This document shows, in pieces, positions 25,245 through 32,000 of a stretch of 32,000 nucleotides of DNA; positions within the stretch are counted from its first letter, which is position 1, and the number at the start of each line of letters is the position of its first letter. A model generated the notes under the pieces. The model was given only the letters and a program-made list of their open reading frames with translations. It did not search any database and was not told where the DNA came from. Where the stretch lies: contig OZ246396.1 in assembly GCA_965230905.1 (NCBI GenBank), positions 1,230,001 through 1,262,000 on the forward strand, read 5' to 3'. The position numbers were made by a program, and so were the translations under genes. The DNA is from Candidatus Saccharimonadota bacterium (GTDB taxonomy: Bacteria; Patescibacteriota; Gracilibacteria; UBA1369; 2-02-FULL-48-14).

Positions 25245-25811
25245 TTAGATCTTTTCTGCTTCGATCCCCAGTTTGTTGATGGCGATCATGTTACCAGAGT
25301 CCTGAATCAGGTCTAAAATGAACTGATCACGACATTTTAAGCGGTACACAAAGTCCTCGGACTTAAGCACGCTGAATTTGATGGGTTCCTCGGTTTCCAG
25401 CGTATCTAGGAACTTGCCCAGGTTCTCTTTATCCACGTCGCCCACCACCAAAAGGTCAACCGGTGCCTCCTTTTGCAGGAAGAAGCCGGAAATCAGGAGG
25501 AAATCGATGTCCCCCATTTTAGTGAGGTTCTTGAGGAGATTGTCGCTGGAATTGGTCGCTTTGATGATGATGCTGCGGAGTTCATTGAAAAGAACGAAGT
25601 TTTTATTCACCGTGAAATATTTTTTGCGATTTTTAGCGCGGCTGCGAAGGAGACCTAATTTCTTAAGATTGTCGAGCTCGCGGCGTATGGAATTGATTTG
25701 CTCATCAAGCTCACGGGTGAGTTCACGAACAAAGTATTCATCATCGGGACGCAACAAGAAGATGGTGAGCAGTTTTACCCGGGCTTTAGAGGTGAACAGG
25801 TGTTTTAGCAT
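25245..25811 (-). CDS. Winged helix-turn-helix transcriptional regulator (ArsR/MarR-like N-terminus)
   Basis: ARVKLLTIFLLRPDDEYFVRELTRELDEQINSIRRELDNLKKLGLL fits a wHTH. The C-terminal half (ISGFFLQKEAPVDLLVVGDVD) vaguely resembles a minimal nucleotidyltransferase motif, but this is unconfirmed. Confidence 0.6.
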   Translation of the reverse strand: MLKHLFTSKARVKLLTIFLLRPDDEYFVRELTRELDEQINSIRRELDNLKKLGLLRSRAKNRKKYFTVNKNFVLFNELRSIIIKATNSSDNLLKNLTKMGDIDFLLISGFFLQKEAPVDLLVVGDVDKENLGKFLDTLETEEPIKFSVLKSEDFVYRLKCRDQFILDLIQDSGNMIAINKLGIEAEKI

Positions 25812-25981
25812 ATGAGGTCGCCTGATGTATACATTATTTACCCAGAATTGATTGAACTGTATAATTTTTTAATTCGAAAAGCAAGAAAAAATCGGCGCTA
25901 ACCTTAAATTTTGGCTTGCAGCCATGCATTTTTTTGAATAAAAAATTTATACTTGCCACGGTTTTTAAAACTTTGGCGAAC

Positions 25982-26005
25982 AAAAAAAGTACCCACTAGG
26001 AGTAC
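25982..26005 (-). terminator. Rho-independent terminator after tig
   Basis: The minus strand reads gtactc-ctagt-gggtac followed by seven U, 20 nt past the tig stop. Confidence 0.65.
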
Positions 26006-26025
26006 CTTTCTTGAGCCAAAAAGCT

Positions 26026-27306
26026 TTACTTAGTGTGTGATTTCACTACTTTACGAAGACGTACTCCGCTGCGCACCATTTCACGTTCATTGGTGCCCTC
26101 GGCATAACGACCCTTGAGCATCGCGCGGAATTCCTCTGGGTAACGGCCGAGCAAGCGTTCAATTTCTTCTTCGATTTCAGGTTCTGTGACTTCTGGATTT
26201 TCGAGTTCAAACAAACGTTCTAGACCCAAACGGATCAGCACTTGTTCCACGGCTGGCTTCTGGAGTTCCTTGCGGATGTCCTTCCCTTCCTTTTCCATCT
26301 CTGCCTCGTAATCTTCCCAAGTTTGCTTGCGTCGTTTCAAATCTTCCTTCAAGCGTTCAATCAAAAAGTCGATTTCCTTTTCTACCAAGGCGTCGGGCAC
26401 TTCTGCCTCCACCACAGCCAAGAGTTCCTTCAAGAACTCATTTTCAAGACGAACGTCTTCCTCGTACTCCTTTTGAGAGTGGAGTTCATGACGAATTTCC
26501 TCTTTCAAGACCGGGAGAGTCTTTTTATCGTCGCCGGAAACTTTTTTGGCGAGCTCGTCGTTCAATTCTTGTGCGGTTCCCTCTTCAATGCGTCCGATCT
26601 TCACATGGAACTTAACTTTTTTGCTCTGGAATTTTTTGGAATGGTAGTCTTTGGGGAACACAATTTCGAAGTCTTTTTCTTCGCCTTTTTTCATGCCCAC
26701 CAGTTCGTCTTCAAAACCTGGAATGAGTGAGTTTTCGCCCAGAATCACAGGATGATTTTTGCTAGAAGTTCCATCGAGCGGCACGCCGTCCATATCCTGA
26801 CCGTCAAAATCCACTTCCACACGGTCAGTTTTTTTGGCTTCACGTTCCACATCCTTCCACTCCACGCTGCGTTTTACAAAATTCTGCAAAACTTCGTGAA
26901 TCTCCTCGTCCTTCACTTCCGGCTTTTTGCGAGAAACGGTCACTTTTTCGTGCTCTTTTTTGAATTTCACTTCGGATAACACGGGAATAATGGCTTCGTA
27001 CTTAAGGGGATCGTGTTCCAAGATTTGAATTTTTGGATACGCCACTGGACGCAACTTTTCTTGATGCAGCGCCATTTCATAGGATTCGCCTAGCGCGATA
27101 TCCAGGGCCTGCCCCATGAAAGCCTGTTCACCGACGTGCTCAATGAGCACATCCTGCGGAACTTTGCCGGGACGGAAACCAGGGACTTTAACTTTGTCCT
27201 GAAGTTCGGCTGCCGCCTTTTCGCGGTAAGGAACCATTTCGTCCGCTGTGAGAGCGACGGTCATTTTGACTTGTGACTTTTCGTGAGCTTGTGCAGAAAC
27301 TTGCAT
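26026..27306 (-). CDS. tig: Trigger factor
   Basis: The N-terminal ribosome-binding region contains GFRPGKVP, the middle is FKBP-like, and the C-terminal arm domain is present. Confidence 0.9.
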   Translation of the reverse strand: MQVSAQAHEKSQVKMTVALTADEMVPYREKAAAELQDKVKVPGFRPGKVPQDVLIEHVGEQAFMGQALDIALGESYEMALHQEKLRPVAYPKIQILEHDPLKYEAIIPVLSEVKFKKEHEKVTVSRKKPEVKDEEIHEVLQNFVKRSVEWKDVEREAKKTDRVEVDFDGQDMDGVPLDGTSSKNHPVILGENSLIPGFEDELVGMKKGEEKDFEIVFPKDYHSKKFQSKKVKFHVKIGRIEEGTAQELNDELAKKVSGDDKKTLPVLKEEIRHELHSQKEYEEDVRLENEFLKELLAVVEAEVPDALVEKEIDFLIERLKEDLKRRKQTWEDYEAEMEKEGKDIRKELQKPAVEQVLIRLGLERLFELENPEVTEPEIEEEIERLLGRYPEEFRAMLKGRYAEGTNEREMVRSGVRLRKVVKSHTK

Positions 27307-27329
27307 GAATGATGATTAAATTCGGGCCC

Positions 27330-27358
27330 AGAATACCGTCAGATTAGGTGTATTGCAA
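27330..27358 (-). promoter_or_regulatory. Promoter of tig
   Basis: The minus strand reads TTGCAA (27353-27358), a 17-nt spacer, then TATTCT (27330-27335). Confidence 0.5.
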
Positions 27359-27381
27359 TTTATTTACTTTTTTGGTATAAT
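27353..27381 (+). promoter_or_regulatory. Near-consensus promoter of the 1,292-aa orphan gene
   Basis: TTGCAA (27353-27358), 17-nt spacer, TATAAT (27376-27381), with TG at 27373-27374 giving an extended -10. The predicted leader to the ATG at 27402 is about 14 nt and has no SD. Confidence 0.6.
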
Positions 27382-27401
27382 TATAAGATTTTATAACACG
27401 T

Positions 27402-30400
27402 ATGGCACAACAAGAATTAGCTCCACGAGGGCCAAACGAATCTGTAAAAGAAGCGCGCGAACGCCGTCAACAGGTGATGGTTGATGCGTGGAATGAAATT
27501 GATAAAGACGAACAATCACGTCTTGCAAGCGAGGCCGCCCTCGCTGCACAAGAGACTGAGGCCGCAAAAGCAGGCTCAACTATGCCTGCGCTTACGGATG
27601 AACAGAAAGCAGCTCGAATTTCGAATAACGCAGAAATCAAGGCAGACCAAGCAAAAAAGAAAACCATCGAGAAACAGTGGAGAGATGAATTCAAATGCCC
27701 TTTCAACCGTTTGTTTAGAAATATTGAGAACCCTGCGGAAGACGACCGTAACGAAGACATGATAGAAGAGCTTGGCGAACAGGAAGGTACTTCTGAACAA
27801 ATTGGAGAACTTAAAGTAGATACTTTAGCTTCAGCCGCTCAAAAGTTGCTTGAATACGATTTGTTGCCAGACGATCTGCGAGGCACTCTTAAAACGCCCA
27901 CAGCAGCGAAGCTCATTCGACCTGACCTTGTAGGCGATTTGGCCGTAGTTGGGTCAAGCGCCTATGCCGAGGCTATTCAAGAGCTCAGCGCCTACGCGGA
28001 TCTACTTCAGCCGGTTTATGAGATGGAGTCGCAAATCCAAAAAGCAGCCGAGAAGATGGAAGAAGGTGTGATCACCGGACGAATTTCACGTGCGGTGAAA
28101 GATATCGCTAAAAATCCTGCCTATACGGCCGTTGTCCTTGGTGGACTTACGGTTCTCGGGATTGGACTCTATAAAGGATGGGGTAAACTCACCGAAGGAT
28201 GGAAAGCGGGTATTTTGGGAGTTTTAGGTTTTGGAACCGTGGCTGGAGCTGCCAGCATAATTAGTGACCGGCAGGGTTATACTAATATAGGATTGGGAAA
28301 TATTTTTGAGAAGTTTACTGGAATTACTGGAGATCAAGCTTTATCCCCTCAGATTTTGGATAAGGTACGTGACTTATTTCCTTCTGGAATGTCCACTGGT
28401 GATACTGATGCGGTGGATGATTTTCTTCGAATCGCAGATGCACCGGTTAAAACCGCAGCTGCAGCTTACCTGGATGCAGAAGCAAACTTAGATGATGAAG
28501 TCGAGCTCGCCCGTTTCCTTAATAATGGACTCAGCTCAAAGGAACATCAATTTGCCGATGCGGGCTCTACCAAAATTGCCTTGGATTGGACTTTTGAGGA
28601 GGCTTATAAGGTTGGATTTGCTAGAGGAGAGATCCAGGAGGCAGCAACTAGAGAAGAAAAATGCCGGGCTGGAGCTCGTTGGGCCTGTACGCAAGGTGAG
28701 CTCAATATGGGAAGTTTGGTAGTGGCTTTGGAAGTTGTGAAAACAGCAAGCGCCCTTCCTCCAAGCACTGCGCTTAGTGAAGGAACCATTAGCAACCCTC
28801 AATTGCATGAACTCGAACGTGCTTCTGCTTCTTTCCGAGACGCACTGAAGCCTTCCAACAAAACCGATGTATACCTACTCAATGGATATCCCGTTACTTT
28901 TACGTACACGGATAACAAGGACTATGTGTTCACGGACGCTATTGATGGAAGCAAGCAATTCCCACTAGTGGCTAAGTCTTATAAAGAACAAGGAGGCCAG
29001 GCGCTCGAGTCTGCGCTGGATGCCATTGTTGAACAAGCTGGAACTCGAATGAGCGCGTTGGTGAAAGAGAACTACTTCAAAGACACCAATCCCGCGCCTC
29101 AGATGCTTTACAACCCAAAGAGCAATGGATATGTGGAACTTGATCCTAAACTTCCTCGTCCCGTTCACGCTGGGCTCCCCGACTTTGAAAAAGATCGTAA
29201 GTACGACATCGTATTCTATTACGACGCAACTGCATCCGCGCTGCGAGTGGATATGGATGTGAACCAGGACGGACGTCCCGACGGACCTATTCCTGGAAGA
29301 AACACTCCTTATACTTCTATTGAGGAAGTACAAAAAGACTTTGAAAAAACACTGCTCGGCGCACAGATGCGTAAAGACCTCTCCCACATACTCTTGACCG
29401 TTGCTCCTGGCTCATATGTGACAAATATTACGGATGCCACACCTGAAACTATGGTGAACTTTGTTTATGGAGACGGACACAAGGGTACGGTGATTTACAA
29501 AGATGGCGCTGTTTCCTCCATTGAACTCGACACGGCTGCCGATGCTTCTCTTGAAGCCGCGTGGAGCGCTGCAGCCAAGATTAAAGTGAATGACTTCTTC
29601 AAAGAACGAGAAGTTCAAGAAGCCCTGCTGCGCGCTACTGGACAATTCACCACCAACGACTTTGGTGGTTGGTACGGTAAATTGACCAAACTCTTTTCAG
29701 ACGGAATCCAATGGGTTACCGACGACAGTATTGAGGCCGACTTCCATGGTAAACAAGAGCAACAAATCGTTCGTGAAATAAAGGCCATGCTCAGCTCTTA
29801 CACGGGTATGGAAGTGGAATATGTGAATACTATGTACAAACCTGTAGACGCCATAGTTCCTCCTGCAAAGACAGGGGTTTGGGGTGGTACTGAATACGCT
29901 GAGGGAGAATTTAAGGCTAAAGAACGAGCCTTCTTCGCTACTCAACTCAGCACTATACAGGGTGGAATGACCCGAAAGGTAACTCCAGCCATCGAGGCCG
30001 ATATCGACTTGGTGGACAACCAGCTCGAACAAATGCTCAATTCCGATGGACGTCGAGCGATCGAAATCGCCCTGCTGCCTTTGGCTCAAGAAGTTCCTAC
30101 CACCAGCACCACTCTGCACATGACGGTGGTTCGTGGCGTGGTGAACCTGGTTTCTTCCGATTCAACTCGCAGCCAATACTACGACCGCCGAGTGGAATTT
30201 TACATGCAAGAATTGGCAAAGGCGTGTACTGCTTTGGCAGCCAGAACAGTTCCTCCAGCCAAAACGCCCGTTGGCATCACCAAAAACGACGTTAAGAAGG
30301 AAATCGATAAGCTTAAGGTCAAGGCGCAAGCCGAAGCGGTTGGCTACTGGAATACCGATCACCAAACTGCCACCGAAAAACTCATGCTCAGCGACCTCAC

Positions 30401-31280
30401 TGGAACGTATAAGGAGACATGGAAAAAACCAACACAAATTGTGGCCAGCTACATGGCAAACAACTTCAAGTGGGAACAATACGGATTCATGCCTAGCCCA
30501 GAGCGCAGCACTGAGATTATGAAGCTGTGGTACGAACATATTAAAAATGGAAATGCATTCCCAGCTCCCGTTGATGAGGCGAATACATACGCTCAATACT
30601 TCATTTGGGAAGTGTATATCCGCTTTGGTGGAACTCACGATTACTCAATCGATCAACTCTACGAAAGCACCGCTTCCAGCGTGAGCGACAGCCGTTACCA
30701 ATCTGGTATCACCGCGCTCAGGGCCAACCTCCTCGATTACGCTACTTGGAACTCTGCATCGACCAAACTCATTCGCCCAGACGTGCCCGACATGGAACCT
30801 TCTGCCGAAGTTTACAAACAGTGGCTCGATAAACTTAAAGAGAACGCAAAAGAAAAATTCATGGACTGGTTCGACAAGAAGCAAAGCGTGGACGGAACCC
30901 TCACGTTCAATGGAGACTGGCCACAAGTATTCCGCACCCATGTTCAACAGCGTCTAGAAGTAGTGGTGAATCCCGCTACCAACGTGAATGATCTGCAAGC
31001 AGACCTTGCTGAGTTTGCAAAATACGTGAGCGCAGAAAAGGCTATTTACCAGATGATCATCGATTCTGGCGTGGGCAACGACTATGAATTTGCCCGAGAC
31101 TATGTGAAACCGATCTTCGATACCTCTTGGCACGCTACGCCCCGCAAGGCCCCAGCCGTTTACGCTAAAGATCTCTTCGACTACTTTAATACGGGCGGCA
31201 AGGCAGGTACTGGATACGACCTCAACCAAACCACCCGCATTCAACAGCTCTGGGTTCAGGGTTGGAACACTATCCTCTAG
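27402..31280 (+). CDS. Large hypothetical membrane-hairpin protein (1,292 aa), no recognisable domain
   Basis: Uninterrupted ORF with host-like composition (spot counts 32/60 and 30/60 GC). The first ~235 aa are charged and helix-prone. Two adjacent hydrophobic helices at about aa 240-257 and 268-287 (nt 28119-28262) are followed by ~1,000 aa without motifs I recognise. Confidence 0.7.
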   Translation: MAQQELAPRGPNESVKEARERRQQVMVDAWNEIDKDEQSRLASEAALAAQETEAAKAGSTMPALTDEQKAARISNNAEIKADQAKKKTIEKQWRDEFKCPFNRLFRNIENPAEDDRNEDMIEELGEQEGTSEQIGELKVDTLASAAQKLLEYDLLPDDLRGTLKTPTAAKLIRPDLVGDLAVVGSSAYAEAIQELSAYADLLQPVYEMESQIQKAAEKMEEGVITGRISRAVKDIAKNPAYTAVVLGGLTVLGIGLYKGWGKLTEGWKAGILGVLGFGTVAGAASIISDRQGYTNIGLGNIFEKFTGITGDQALSPQILDKVRDLFPSGMSTGDTDAVDDFLRIADAPVKTAAAAYLDAEANLDDEVELARFLNNGLSSKEHQFADAGSTKIALDWTFEEAYKVGFARGEIQEAATREEKCRAGARWACTQGELNMGSLVVALEVVKTASALPPSTALSEGTISNPQLHELERASASFRDALKPSNKTDVYLLNGYPVTFTYTDNKDYVFTDAIDGSKQFPLVAKSYKEQGGQALESALDAIVEQAGTRMSALVKENYFKDTNPAPQMLYNPKSNGYVELDPKLPRPVHAGLPDFEKDRKYDIVFYYDATASALRVDMDVNQDGRPDGPIPGRNTPYTSIEEVQKDFEKTLLGAQMRKDLSHILLTVAPGSYVTNITDATPETMVNFVYGDGHKGTVIYKDGAVSSIELDTAADASLEAAWSAAAKIKVNDFFKEREVQEALLRATGQFTTNDFGGWYGKLTKLFSDGIQWVTDDSIEADFHGKQEQQIVREIKAMLSSYTGMEVEYVNTMYKPVDAIVPPAKTGVWGGTEYAEGEFKAKERAFFATQLSTIQGGMTRKVTPAIEADIDLVDNQLEQMLNSDGRRAIEIALLPLAQEVPTTSTTLHMTVVRGVVNLVSSDSTRSQYYDRRVEFYMQELAKACTALAARTVPPAKTPVGITKNDVKKEIDKLKVKAQAEAVGYWNTDHQTATEKLMLSDLTGTYKETWKKPTQIVASYMANNFKWEQYGFMPSPERSTEIMKLWYEHIKNGNAFPAPVDEANTYAQYFIWEVYIRFGGTHDYSIDQLYESTASSVSDSRYQSGITALRANLLDYATWNSASTKLIRPDVPDMEPSAEVYKQWLDKLKENAKEKFMDWFDKKQSVDGTLTFNGDWPQVFRTHVQQRLEVVVNPATNVNDLQADLAEFAKYVSAEKAIYQMIIDSGVGNDYEFARDYVKPIFDTSWHATPRKAPAVYAKDLFDYFNTGGKAGTGYDLNQTTRIQQLWVQGWNTIL

Positions 31281-31660
31281 TCTTCATCGGTCTGTTGAAG
31301 AACGCTTTCCTCACCTGGCAAAGGACAGCTGGTTTGTTCACTGAGGTCTTCCAAAGAAACTACGCCGTTTTTAACCGTTCCATCCGAGAATTTCCAGGTT
31401 GGGTAGCTCTTCACGCCTTCGTCATTACACAGGGCCGCCTGTGAATCTTTTCCATTGGGGTCACATTCCACGTAAGGCAAAAGATCCTTGGAGTCGCCAA
31501 AGAGCTTCTTTTGATCCGCACAGTGAGGGCACCAGAAAGCGCCGTAGAAAGTCGCATCGGCATCCGCAATACAGGTGGCAAAGTTGTCGTAGGTGGTGTC
31601 GCGTTCACATCCTAAAAGTAAAAGGGCGCTGAGTGCAATTAAGCTAAACTGTTTACGCAT
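31277..31660 (-). CDS. Thioredoxin-fold lipoprotein of the VKOR-associated type (CPHC active site)
   Basis: Lipobox LLLGC. FYGAFWCPHCADQKKLFG...LPYVECDPNG...SYPTWKF matches the Trx-like domain normally fused to bacterial VKOR homologues. Confidence 0.7.
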   Translation of the reverse strand: MRKQFSLIALSALLLLGCERDTTYDNFATCIADADATFYGAFWCPHCADQKKLFGDSKDLLPYVECDPNGKDSQAALCNDEGVKSYPTWKFSDGTVKNGVVSLEDLSEQTSCPLPGEESVLQQTDED

Positions 31661-31763
31661 GGCGTTGTGTTAAATTATTACGTTTACGAGCTTAGCGCTT
31701 TTTGGTTGCTCTTTCCATATAAAAAACCTAAAATGGGCGGGCTTTTACAGAAGTGGCTTACAT

Positions 31764-31841
31764 GGTGGATGTAGCTCAGTTGGTTAGAGCGCCAGGTTGT
31801 GGCCCTGGAGGTCGAGGGTTCGAGACCCTTCATTCACCCCA
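31764..31841 (+). tRNA. tRNA-His (anticodon GTG) with encoded G-1
   Basis: Hand-folded, 78 nt. G-1 precedes acceptor stem gtggatg/cattcac. D arm is gctc-agttggtta-gagc, anticodon arm ccagg-ttGTGgc-cctgg, T arm gaggg-ttcgaga-ccctt. Discriminator is C and CCA is encoded. Confidence 0.9.
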
Positions 31842-31869
31842 TTATTATTGAGAACGTTTTGATATTCTT

Positions 31870-32000
31870 ATGAAAAAAGCTTTCCTTCTGGGTTTGAGCC
31901 TCAGCACAGCTTGTGAAGTTAAATCTGTTGATGTTCTACATGACAATGGAGCTTGGTCATGCGAGGAATTCCCTGGTTTCGATGAATGCATTCGGTGGGA
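31870..32000 (+). CDS. Putative lipoprotein, 3' end off-window
   Basis: MKKAFLLGLSLSTACEVKS... has the lipobox LSTAC. The frame is open to the window end. Confidence 0.45.
   Translation, partial: MKKAFLLGLSLSTACEVKSVDVLHDNGAWSCEEFPGFDECIRW

Noticed and set aside
28158-28193. Possible P-loop (GIGLYKGWGKLT) in the giant protein
   Set aside because: The spacing does not fit GxxxxGK[ST], and the segment lies within or between the hydrophobic helices.
1-32000. CRISPR arrays, IS elements, integrases, prophage genes, and alternative genetic code (UGA recoding)
   Set aside because: No spaced direct-repeat arrays and no transposase- or integrase-like ORFs were seen. All long genes are uninterrupted under the standard code, and TGA is used as a genuine stop (ruvB, with the ATGA overlap to the next gene).

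Overview
Gene-dense bacterial chromosomal segment using the standard genetic code: long ORFs are uninterrupted and ruvB ends in TGA. Spot counts on single 60-nt lines give about 50-53% GC in the core genes. Recognisable housekeeping genes are tsaE, ruvB, a clpC-type AAA+ unfoldase, rpsA, rmuC, infB, rfbB, a short rfbA-like nucleotidyltransferase, csaB, rnhB, rplS, tig, tRNA-Arg(TCT) and tRNA-His(GTG). Envelope genes are a 5'-truncated type IV coupling-protein-like ATPase, a 3D-domain/PG-binding protein, an M23 peptidase with three SLH domains, a CPBP protease and several lipoproteins. The gene content (CxxC-x17-CxxC protein, wHTH regulator, orphan lipoproteins, very short leaders lacking a Shine-Dalgarno sequence) resembles an uncultivated small-genome lineage, but lineage cannot be established from this window. 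No CRISPR array, transposase or integrase was seen. Five items seem most worth follow-up. (1) A 1,292-aa orphan membrane-hairpin protein sits behind a near-consensus promoter. (2) A consensus promoter, long inverted repeat and terminator-like hairpin lie upstream of an 87-aa basic protein, in a lower-GC stretch that also holds rmuC. (3) A ~50-nt leader motif is conserved at a fixed distance from the start codons of tsaE and csaB. (4) A RhuM-Doc fusion gene lies next to tRNA-Arg and is flanked by a short repeat. (5) A lower-GC 360-aa orphan is wedged into the rfb/csaB envelope cluster. None of these can be assigned a function from sequence alone.
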